The notes under the pieces were generated by a model. That model searched no databases, had not been told where the DNA came from, and saw nothing but the letters and a program-made list of their open reading frames with translations. This document shows positions 26,042-38,865 of a stretch of DNA of 64,000 bases, piece by piece. The stretch covers positions 192,529,101 through 192,593,100 of the forward strand of contig NC_068981.1 in the NCBI RefSeq assembly GCF_001194135.2, given 5' to 3'. The translations under genes and the position numbers were made by a program. How positions within the stretch are numbered: the stretch's first letter is position 1; each line of letters opens with the position of its first letter. Source of the DNA: Octopus bimaculoides. Its lineage: Eukaryota.

Positions 26042-28959
26042 TGAGCTTCTTTCATTTTCTGCTTACCGAATCCACTCACAAGGCTTTGGTTGGCCTAAGA
26101 CTATAGCAGAAGACACTTGCCCAAGGTGCCATGCAGTAGGGACTGAACCTTGGACCATGTGGTTGGGAAGCAAACTTCTTAGCATACAGCTATGCCTGCA
26201 CCTAGTTTATGTAACTTTTTCAGTTTTTCATCTGAGATAGCAAGCTGGACGTAGTGTTATTTTTCAGGGGCCAACTTGAAATGTATTTTAACCCTTGTGC
26301 TCCCATATTTCTGCTGAATTACTCTGACTTTTCCTTTGAATTAATTTTGAAAACATTGAAGAATTTTAGTAAAATAATTATGTCATTATTAAGCTGGGGT
26401 TTTGAAACATAAACATGAAATTCTGTAGAAGATTTTAATTTAGGGAGATGTACTTGCATAACAAGTGACCTGATCTAAGATCATGTGCTGGAACGAAAAC
26501 AATTGCAGCGTGGAAGATGTTTATAAGCCATTTAAGAAACACACAAAAACCGTTAGATTCACTTCAATATTTAAATTTAATTTGCCAAAATATTTTGGCA
26601 AAATTCCGTACTGCATCTGAGAAAGTAACAGTTAGTAACAGTTAGTTCATGAACTAACTGTTACTTTCTTAGATGCAGCACGGAATTTTGTCAGTGAACA
26701 GGTCACGGTCTCAAAGTGCCGAAAATATTTTGGCAAATTAAATTTAAATGTCGAAGTGAATCTAACGGTTTTTGTGTGTTTCATAAATGGCTTATAAACA
26801 CCTTCCATGCTGCAATTGTTTAGTTTGATTTAGATCACATTAAAACCAGGAATTTGTATCATAAAGCCAAAGACAGCTTCAGACAGATTGGTATCAAAAT
26901 GGTTAAACACAGAATATATTTTAATTCATGATTATTTTGTCAGGATAAAATATATAAAAACTGCACCTACCAAATAAACCTGAAATACACTTACACCAGG
27001 CGGAAAGGTTGCCAACGGATTTGTCGTCGAAAAGTTATTGTAAGTACATTCTGTTCTATTCTTTCTCAATTCTAAGCACAGACATTAGATATGAAATACA
27101 ATATTCCATTCTATGAGACAAAGGACTCGTTCTTCAGTCAACATATATCATTTCTATTACTGTTTCTTCCTTTTTCTCCCTTTGTCATAAAATGGGTTTC
27201 AAAGTTTTAAAATAGAGATTATGCATGTGTAACTCTTCAAAATAGGAGGTAAAGAAAATGTGACTGTTTACTAATTTTAATACAATTTTCTGATGGATCC
27301 TTCCTAGTGTTTGGTACTTTTGGTGCTATCTATGGCAAATATTTTGGAGTTTTATATATATAGGATTATATTAGTGTAATATTGGTGAGTATAGATGTGT
27401 GTGTGCATGTGCACGTGCATGCGCACGCACACAAGCATATATATCATCATCGTCTTTTAATGTTCATTTTCCATGCTAGAATGGGTTGGACGGTTTGACT
27501 GAGGCTGCACCAGGCTCCAATCTGTTCTGGCAAGGTTTCTACAGCTGGATGCCATTCCTAATGCCAACCACTCCAAGAGTGTAGTGGGTGCGTTTCATGT
27601 GTCACCAGCATGGGGGCCAGTCAGGTGGCACTGGTATTGATCACGCTCAAATGGTGCTTTTTACGTGCTACCAGCATGGGAGCTAGTCAGGTGGCCCTGG
27701 CATATATATATGTATACATTTGATGGGATTTGAACTTAGAATCTAAAGAGCTCTTTTGGCTTTCTGCATTAATACTTTTCTACAGATTTGTTAATAACAA
27801 CAACATTTTCATCCAGTTCCCCACTCACCTTCTTCCTCCTGCTCCTCCCCCTTCTTCTCACCTCCTTCACCTTTTCATCATCTTCATGAACAACATCAAC
27901 AACAATTATTTATTTAAACAATGATTTCTCTCTTTCAGGATCGTCAATGTTGCCAGGGCTTTTTTGGTCCCAACTGTGAACCTTGCCCAGGAAGCTTAAA
28001 CAACCCATGCTATGGCCGTGGCACGGTAAACTAAACAAATTACACTCAATCTTCATTATTTCTCTGCCATAACCTTATATATTTATATGTTTATATGGAT
28101 TTTCAGCAAGGAAAGAGTTAATCCAAGGCCCATAGCCTTATTGGAAAGTTATGTCTATATCTTTTATCTTTTGTCTTTTACTTGTTTCAGTCATTGAACT
28201 GTGGCCAAGCTGGGGCACCACCTTGAAGAATTTTTAGTTGAATAAATCAACCCCAGTACTTGCTTTTTTTTGTTTAAGCTTCATACTTATTCTATCCGTC
28301 TCTTTTGTTGAACAGCTAAATTATGGGGACATAAACACACCAACATTGGGGACATACACAAACACAAAAACACACCCACATAGAAATATATATAGGCATA
28401 GGAGTGGCTGTGTGGTAAGTACCTTGCCTACCAACCACACAGTTCTGGGTTCAGTCCCACTGCGTGGCACTTTGGGCAAGTGTCTTCTACTACAGCCTTG
28501 GGCCGACCAAAGCCCTGTGAGTGGATTTGGTAGACGGAAACTGAAAGAAGCCCATTTTATATATGTATATATATATATGTATGTGTGTATATGTTTGTGT
28601 GTCTGTGTTTGTCCCCCCAACATCGCTTGACAACCGATGTTAGTGTCTTTACGCCCCCTAACTTAGCAGTTCAGCAAAATATACTGATAGAATCAGAAGT
28701 ACCAGGCTTACAAAGATTAAGTCTAGGGTTGATTTCTTCAACGAAAAGGTGGTGCTCCAGCATGGCCGCAGCCAAAATGACTGAAACAAGTAAAAGAATA
28801 AAAAAAAATATGTAAGAACAGGCTATGTGGTAAGAAGTTTGCTTCTGAACCACATTGTTCTGGGTTCAATCCTACAGCAAGGCACCCTAAGTAAGTGTCT
28901 TCTACTATAGTCTAGGGCTGACCAAAGACTTGTGAGTGGATTTGGTAGGTGGAAATATA

Positions 28960-29048
<89 letters not shown>

Positions 29049-32000
29049 ACGACAGGCTTCTTTCAGTTTCTGTCTACCAAATCCACTCACAAGGCTTCGG
29101 TCAGCCCTAGACTATAGTAGAAGACACTTGCCCAAGGTACCATGCAGTGGGATTGAACCCAGAACCATGTGGTTGGGAAGCAAACTTATTACTACACAGC
29201 CTGTTCTTATGTATTGAACCTTTTGATGAGTTGAAGAAAATTACTAAAAACATGAGCAAATGTGTAAATTTGTCTTGGATTACATGTGTGAGTATGTATT
29301 TATGTGATTGTGTGTAAGAGCATGTGTGTAAGAGCATGTGTGTGTGTATGTGAGAGTGTATGTATGTGTGCATGTTTGTGTGTTTGTAAACATGTGTATG
29401 TATATACATGCATGTGTATATATGTGGAAGTGTATAGGTATATCTGAGTGCATAAGAGTGTATGTATATGTGCATGTGTGTGTGTGTGTGTGTGTGTATA
29501 GATGTGTCTGAATGTGTCTACAAGTGTGTTTCTGCAACTATATTGAGAGTTGTATTGAAAATCCCATTGAAGACATATGATCTCCCATGCTTGTGAACGC
29601 ATGTGCACATGTATATACACGTACATACGCGTGTATATGTATGTACACGAGTGTATGTCTGTGTATGAATTCATTTATGTGTGTGAGTGTACACGTGTGG
29701 GTGTATGCATGTAAATGTGCAGGTATGTTTGTGTGTGTGGGTATCTGGGTTTTTTTAATATATATTTTTTACAAAAATGTTAAATCTGTTTAGAGAATTA
29801 CATAAATAATTGTAAAAAAACCATTATGAATGTATGCGCCACTACTGAAATTATTGTAAGACAGAAATTCCTGAAGTCAATTTACAGAGAGATTTCTTAT
29901 CTAGCTTTAGATTTATTCTATTTTAATCCCTCTACTTTATGTAAAAATGACTGAATTCCTCATTAGGCTCATGACTGATATTTTTATTAACTGATTCCCA
30001 GGTGGTTCTTTCAGACAGGAATGTCAAAAACATAAATAAATATCTAAATTACCAAATCATTTTATGTTGCAAATAAAACACATACATTTTTCATTATTTA
30101 CATTATTTACATTTGATGGATACTTGTCCTCATCTTGTTTGTTGTTAACACAACATTTTGGTTGATGTACTCTCCGGTTCGAAATTTCCTCAGGGCACCT
30201 GATGAAGGCTGGAGGACAAATATCAGGCGAAATGTTGTGTTAACAACAAACAAGATGAGGACAAATATCCATCAAATGTAAATAATGTAAATAATGTACA
30301 TAATCCCTCATCTCTTAAATATAGAACTGAACATACATTTTAAATTTATTGTTTAGAAGAGGAAAGAAACCTGCTTGTGTGTGTATGTAAGTATGTATGT
30401 GTACATGTGTGTGTGTGTGTTTGTGTGTGCATATGTATTTGATTCTTTATCTTTTACTTGTTTCAACCATTAGACTGTGGCCATGCTACAGCAGTGCCCT
30501 GAAGAATTTTTTGTTGATCAAATTGATCCCAGAACTTATTTTATCTCTTTTAAGCTTGGTGATTATTCTCTCAGACTCTTTTGCTAAACCATTAATTTAG
30601 AGGAACATAAACACACCAACACCAGTTGTCAAAGTGGTGGGGTGAGGCACAAATGCAGACTGAAAGGCACACACACACACACACACACACATACACACAC
30701 ACAGATATAGATATATATTTATATGCAGTTAAGTATGTGTCTGGTCTTAACTGCATATAAATACATTACTGCTCTATTCTTTAGAGTGTGCTTCTTTCTC
30801 AGACATATGATACACTGATGATATATCTATATATATATATATATANNNNNNNNNNNNNNNNNNNNNNNNNNNNNNNNNNNNNNNNNNNNNNNNNNNNNNN
30901 NNNNNNNNNNNNNNNNNNNNNNNNNNNNNNNNNNNNNNNNNNNNNNNNNNNNNNNNNNNNNNNNNNNNNNNNNNNNNNNNNNNNNNNNNNNNNNNNNNNN
31001 NNNNNNNNNNNNNNNNNNNNNNNNNNNNNNNNNNNNNNNNNNNNNNNNNNNNNNNNNNNNNNNNNNNNNNNNNNNNNNNNNNNNNNNNNNNNNNNNNNNN
31101 NNNNNNNNNNNNNNNNNNNNNNNNNNNNNNNNNNNNNNNNNNNNNNNNNNNNNNNNNNNNNNNNNNNNNNNNNNNNNNNNNNNNNNNNNNNNNNNNNNNN
31201 NNNNNNNNNNNNNNNNNNNNNNNNNNNNNNNNNNNNNNNNNNNNNNNNNNNNNNNNNNNNNNNNNNNNNNNNNNNNNNNNNNNNNNNNNNNNNNNNNNNN
31301 NNNNNNNNNNNNNNNNNNNNNNNNNNNNNNNNNNNNNNNNNNNNNNNNNNNNNNNNNNNNNNNNNNNNNNNNNTATATATATATATATATGTTAAATAAA
31401 ATGAAACAACAAAGACAAGGCTGTGTGGAATTTTCAGGACATTTATGAAGAGACAATGTGAAATGGTTAAATAAAGGGAAATATTAGAGTTATTTTCAAA
31501 AAGGAAGAAGGGAAGGAAAGAAGGAGTATAGAATGAAATAGGAGAACGAATGTAGAAATAAAAGGCGGCGAGCTGGCTGAAACGTTAGCACGCTGGGCGG
31601 AATGCTTAGCGGTATTTTGTCCGCTGCTAAGTTCTGAGTTCAAATTCCGCCGAGGTTGACTTAGCCTTTCATCCTTTCGGGGTCGATAAATAAAGCACCA
31701 GTTATGCACTGGGGTCGATGTAATCGACTTAATCCGTTTGTCTGTTCTTGTTTGTCCCCTCTATGTTTAGCCCCTTGTGGGCAATAAAGAATATGAATGT
31801 AGAAATAAAAAGAAGAAAAAATATATAAATATATTTCGTATGTGTTTTTGGTGTGCAAGATTCTTGATGTGAATACGTGTGTTGAAATAAATGGAAGTGG
31901 AGAGACGGGTTACTGAAGAAATTGCAAGAGTGCAATGAAATGATTTAACAAAAAAAAAAACAAAAAAACTAAATACTGTTTATAAATAAATAAATAAAGG

Positions 32001-35000
32001 ACCAAACCAGTGCATGGGTTTATTACTGGCATAATTCCTCTCCCAAGGTTTAATAGTATTTAAATATATATTTATATATATATATATCTATATGAGTGGA
32101 AGTCAAAAATTATCTGCACTTTGCCATAACATATCTTTATTATTGTCACACGGATTTATGTACATGTGTGTTTATAGTTGGTACTATTGTGGTCATGTGA
32201 TCAAAGTTTGAGTCTGATCGCACTGTTTTTCTTTCTGGTTTTATGGTGTAACTATGGCTGCTTCACTAGCAATGTTTGCCAAAGAACAAAGAGCAATGAT
32301 CTGATTTCTCTGGTTGGAAGGTGTGTCAGGTGCTGAAATCATCAGAGGCTTTTAGCACAATATAGGGACAGTGCGCTACTGCGTAGAAGTGTGTATGAGT
32401 GGATCAAGAAGTTTAAAAGTGACTAGACAAGTATGATGCACAAAGAGGGAGCATTATGCCTGCCAACCTCCACCACTGACGAGAGGATTCAGCAAGCTCG
32501 AGGGATGGTGATGGTGAACTAGCAATCTATCATCGATGAGGTAGCTCATTCTCTACAGATAAGTCATGGTTCTACCTATCAAATCATCCATGATGAGCTC
32601 AGCTTCCATAAAGTCTGTGCAAGATGGGTGCCAAGAGATCTTGCTGCAGAGCACAAGCACAAATGTCTTGAAGTCTGCCAATGTTTACTCCATCGCTACA
32701 ACCATGGGTCCATCATAATGAGGCAGAATCCAAAAGACAAAGTATGGAGTGGAAACAATAAAGAAGACAAATTAGAAACATGTCTACTTATTTCATCCAT
32801 GAGATTCTTAATATCAAATGTGAGCGATTGAGGTTTTTATGGATATGGTTTCCTTATTCTTCTTTTTATAAGATTATTTTTCTTTTATTTCACAGTGTTT
32901 CGATGGAATCAATGGAAATGGAACTTGTAAATGTAAAGAAGGCTTTGGTAAAGAAGCATGCTGGGATTGTGCAGCCGATGATATGTTTGGGCCCCAGTGT
33001 ACCGAGAGTAAGTACCAAATGAATTAATAGTCCATGTTTACCATTAATGAGTATAAAATTACTCAAGATAGTTTTGGCAGTTATTTTGGTTCTGGGAGAT
33101 GGCCATATCTGAGGGTAATAGGTTAATCTGATTTTGTTTTAAATATTCTGCTTGTTTTATTCAAAGTTAAGAATAAAGCAATCTCCATGAACCGTTTCTA
33201 ACCAACGTTTGATGATTACATTTGGGAGGGTTTATTAACCTGTTTTCATCCTTGATTAACTATTTCATACTGTTTCCTAAATAAACTGATATTCTATTTA
33301 ATGATTTTACTTTAAAGAATTCATGCATACACATACATACATATATGCATACATACATATATGCATACATACATACATACATACATACACACACATACAT
33401 ACATACATACATACCTCCTCCTCCGCATCCTCCTCCTCCTCCTCATCATCCTCTTCCTCCTCCTCTNNNNNNNNNNNNNNNNNNNNNNNNNNNNNNNNNN
33501 NNNNNNNNNNNNNNNNNNNNNNNNNNNNNNNNNNNNNNNNNNNNNNNNNNNNNNNNNNNNNNNNNNNNNNNNNNNNNNNNNNNNNNNNNNNNNNNNNNNN
33601 NNNNNNNNNNNNNNNNNNNNNNNNNNNNNNNNNNNNNNNNNNNNNNNNNNNNNNNNNNNNNNNNNNNNNNNNNNNNNNNNNNNNNNNNNNNNNNNNNNNN
33701 NNNNNNNNNNNNNNNNNNNNNNNNNNNTATATATATGAAATGTAAAGCACAGCTGGACAAAACAAGCAAGCAAGCGACCAAGCAACCAATATCTAATCAA
33801 TATTTATGTTGGTCATTAATCAATAGAGATTATGTAAACATCTCATTATTTTTCAACTTGCAGAATGTACGTGTCGTTATGGTGAGTGTGACAGTGGCAT
33901 TAATGGCAATGGACAATGTAAGAAATCTAGTTGCCAAGTAGGATTTAAAGGACGAAATTGTGATAGACAAATAACCAGTTGCAATGGGAAAGTTTCTGTA
34001 TGTCTAGCAGTCACTGAATGTCTTGAAAATAATGAAATCAGGTTTGTATTCATTACACATTTTATCTCTCCTTTTCTCTTTTAAATTTAGATACTCTTAT
34101 CCCATTGATTTCAAATTGTAGCACAAGGCCAGCAATTTTGAGGGAGTAGGCAAGTCGAACATTGATCCCAGTGTTCAACTGGTACTTATTTTATTGACCC
34201 CAAAAGGATTAAAGGCTAAGTCAACCTCAGGAGAACTTGAACTCAGAATGTAAAGACAGGCAAAATGACACTAAGTATTTTTCCCAGCATGCTAACAATT
34301 CAGTCAGCTTCCTGTCTTCCTGTCAATTACTGGTCGAGACACTGTGTCCCATTTTGTTACCATATTTCTGTTGAGATGTTTTGTGTTTCTTTCAATTAAT
34401 TTTAAATATAACAAAGAATTTAGTAAAATAACTTAGTTATTAAGCTAATGATGTTAAGAACATAAATTGTGATTAAGGTTTGCTGGAAGATTTTAACTGA
34501 GAACTTATGAAAACAAGACATTTGTACACAGAGCCAGAGGTGGTTTGAGCCAAGTTGGTATCAAACGGGTTAAATTAATCATTTGTTAACCCTTTTGTCA
34601 CCATTTTTCTGTTGAGATGTCCTGTGTTTCTTTCAATTAATTTTAAATATAACAAAGAATTTAGTAAAATAACTTACTACAGATGCCACTGTCTGTTTTA
34701 GCATGGTTTCTACAGATGGACGTCCTTCCTAACACCAACCACTTTATAGAGTGTTTTGGGTGCTTTTTTTATGTGGCACCATCACCAACAGGGTTGCCAA
34801 GTATCTAGCAAGACAAACTCTCCCTCTACTGGGAGGTGGGGAGAAGTATTGATGGGGCGTGGCTTTGTGCCAGTTGAAGAGTACGATATGTCATAGATGG
34901 TTATATTTCAATATGTTTCAGATGTTTGTGCTGGCCTGGCTATGAAGGTAATGGAAACCAATGTACAGAGATTGACCCTTGTAAAAATCCAAATATATGT

Positions 35001-35505
35001 CACGAACAAGTGAGTTGACATCCAAATTTCACTGCTTTATTTATTTCCAATGACCACACCTGAACTTTTAAAATACAGGGTGTCCACAAAGTCTAAGTAC
35101 ATGGGGATTAATGCATACTTTAAGAAATTATTATTTCTTATATTTAATTGTTTATGTTATAATATTATTTACTCCATGTACCCAGACTTTGTGGACACCC
35201 TGCAGTTATAGGAAATTCTTGGCATAAACATTTTCGCAATAGGAAAATTTTCCATAATAAATTAAGCTATAGGAAAATTCATCATAAAAATTTGTCATAT
35301 TCTTTTATTTGTTTCAGTCATTTGACTGTGGCCATGCTGGAGCACTGCCTTTAGTCAAACAAATCGACCCCAAGACTTATTCTTTGCAAACCCAGTGCTT
35401 ATTCTACTGGTCTGTTTTTCTGAACCACTAAGTTATGGGGATATAAACACACTAACATCGGTTGTCAAGCGATGGTGGAGGAACAAACACAGGCACACAA
35501 ACATA

Positions 35506-35555
<50 letters not shown>

Positions 35556-38094
35556 ATGAGCTTCTTTCAGTTTCCATCTACCAAATCCACTTACAAGGCT
35601 TTGGTCGGCCCGAGGCTATAGTAGAAGACACTTGCCCAAGGTGCCATGCAGTTGGACTGAACCTGAAACCATGTGGTTGGGAAGCAAGCTTCTTACCACA
35701 CAGCCATTCCTGTGCCTATAGGAACATTCACAGCAAAACGCATGTTATTTGTGCAGCATTGTTTGGAATTGCCATACATTTTAAAAGATCTCATCATGTT
35801 TTAATCTGGTGAATTTTCCAGTACAGCAAAATTTCTTATAAGCCCAAAAAATCACTCCATAGTTGCCCACGGGTATATGGTGTAGTGGTTAAGAGCACAG
35901 GCTACTAACCCCAAGATTCCGAGTTCAATTCCAGGCAGTGGCCTGATTATCAATAATAGTAATAATAACAATAACATCGAAAAATACCTTAGGAATGAGA
36001 ATATGGTTCAAAATTTCCCCAATACACCTGATGAAGGTTGGAGGGTATATCAGCCAAAACGTGTTAACAACAAACAAGATGAGGACAAATATCCGTCAAA
36101 TGTAAATAATATAAATAATGAACAAATTTCCCTACACCAAATTTTCCCCTGACAAAAATGTTTCTGGAAATCACCCCCCCCCTCCAAAAAAAAACAAAAG
36201 CTAAAAACAGATGAATAGTGGCAGACGGTTAAAAGAAAAAAAAGCAATGAATAAATGTGAAAAGCTGAATGTGTGTGTGTGTGTGGGGGTGGGGTGCAAA
36301 TAAATAAAGAATGGTGGTCAAAATTTTGGATCAAACTGGCTTTTGGGAGTGGTGGATAGGTATGTGGAGGGTATATCAGTCAAAAGGTGTTAACAACAAA
36401 AATGTGGACAAATATCCGTCAAATGTAAATAATGTAAATAATGAACAAATTTCCCTACAGCAAATTTTCCCCTGACAAAAATGTTTCTGGAAATGTTTTA
36501 AAATAATTCATTTCTGTTTGGCATTGTAGGCTACCTGTACGAAGACTGGTCCTGGCAAAAACAATTGCACCTGTAATGAAGGTTGGGTTGGCGATGGCCA
36601 ATATTGTCATGTGGCACGTATATGTATGCTGCACCGAGACTGCGACCCAAATGCCGAGTGTCAGCTTAGTGGACCAGGTGGTGTAAGTTGCATAAAGTTT
36701 ATATAAATTCTATCAAAACGGCAAAAGACCAACTCTTTTGCATGAGAAACAATCCAAAGCAAAGCCAAATTTTGGTCAATAGCATAAAACACAGTGGACA
36801 CAGAATATTTAATTAGTTTTTATCTCTTGTCATTAGTATCATTGCACACATAAGGCTGGTAGAATTGTTAGAACACTGGACGAAATGCTTAGCAGTATTT
36901 CGCTTGTCTTTACATTCTGAGTTCAAATTCTGCCGGGGTCAACTTTACCTTTCATCCTTTCAGAGTCAATAAAATAAGTACCAGTTGCATACTGGGTTCG
37001 ATGTAATCGACTGGTCCCCTCCCAAAATATTTAGTAGAAAGGATTATCATTTTTACTCTTGTTATAGTTAAACTTTGTTTTTATTAATAGTATAAGCACC
37101 CATTACACTCTCGGAGTGGCTGGCATTAGGAAGGGTATCCCGCCATAGAAGACCATGCCAAATCAGACTGGAGCTTGGCACAGCCTTCCAGCTTACCAGC
37201 CCAGTCAAACCGTCCAACCCATGCCAGCATGGACAATGGATGCTAAATGATGATGATGAGTATATTGTTACAGGAAGAAAATGAAAGAAAAAACATCAAA
37301 AGTATAAAAAACCAAATTATCAGAGAAGAAAAAACAAAAACTTATGACTACCACACCAAGGAAATAAAGGAAAAGAAAAAAAGGGGGAGGGATTAAGCAG
37401 CAGAAGATGGGGGAGAGTAACGGGTTGTATACCCCAGAATAAATGGGGTGTTTAGTTGTTCCTCACAAACATGATTGCAAAAGTGTTGCCATGGAGAATA
37501 GCCATCATCACTCACTGAGGCAGCCACTCCACCTTGCAGGGAAAGAAGCAAGGGAACACATCATTACTATCTCCCAGTTGTTGGTTTAATAACGGCTTTA
37601 AATTTTGGTACAAGGCTAACAATTTCAGGAGAGGATTTAGTTGATTATGTTGAGTCCCATTGTTCAAGTAGCACTTATTCTATCGACCCTGAAAGGAGGA
37701 AAGGTAAAACCCAACCTTGACGGAATTTGAAGTCAGATTGTAACAGAATAGACAAAGTACCACAAAACATTTTGGTCAGTCAGATAAACCTTCTGCCAAC
37801 TCGCCCCCGTCACTTGTTAATTTTGATTTAATTTTCTTTCAGTCTGTGTGTATTTGTAAAGATGGTTTCATTGGTGATGGCAAAACTTGTACCCCTGAAA
37901 ATCCCTGTAAGATCAACAATGGAGGCTGCCATCACAATGTAAGTAAAACTTGAAGAATTTGAAATGTTTCCTTATTACGAGACATCATTGTTTACAGAGT
38001 GCATTTTTCAAAACCATATTAACAGATTAATAGTAGTTTCTCCGTAGGCTTGTTATATTGAAATATCAATCAAGTACTGGACAAATGTAACTAG

Positions 38095-38132
<38 letters not shown>

Positions 38133-38166
38133 CACACACATACACCCACACATGTACACATGCATA

Positions 38167-38207
<41 letters not shown>

Positions 38208-38830
38208 CTTGATGGAATTTGAACTCAGAATGTAAAAATGTAAAGATGGATGAAATGCCACAAAGCATTTTGTATACATAGATACACACACACACACGAA
38301 GGGCTTCTTTCAGTTTCCAGGTTAGGTTAAAAATTCCAATACAACAACTGAGTTCAACACAAGACACCTGAAAAAGACTGGAGTGTACAACAGGTGAAAC
38401 ATAATGACAGCAACAATCAAGCTGATGACATCACTCTGATTAATGCAAACAGGTGTACATGATAGAAATTTCTCATCTCACAAATATAGAATTGTACATC
38501 TTCCAGTGTTATATCTTTTGGAATCAGGCACTTTGTGAAATGACTGGCATCGGTGAAAGAGAATGTGTATGTCGTCCTGGTTATGTTGGTGAAGGATTAT
38601 CATGTTTTTCAACAATTATGGGAGAAATACGAAATCAACCGGATCTTTCAGAACTCTCTGATCTGCTCAAGGTAAGTAACTTTCAGAAATAACTTTAAAA
38701 ACAAAAAAAAATCCAAATGGTGAAACACCAGGCCATTGAGCAGGTGGGATTTTTTTAAACCTTTATATGACACACTCAGTACAGAGTTCATTTAAGCAAA
38801 TCACCGTCATTGTTGTCATCATCATCATCA

Positions 38831-38865
<35 letters not shown>

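Noticed and set aside
25126-26240. Long ORFs of 235-347 aa (also 30788, 33307-33941, 55115-55527, 58827)
   Set aside because: They are open only because they run through N-gaps.
35871-35945. tRNA-like sequences here and at the heads of families A and B
   Set aside because: No complete cloverleaf or acceptor stem, and they continue into repeat bodies, so they are SINE heads rather than tRNA genes.
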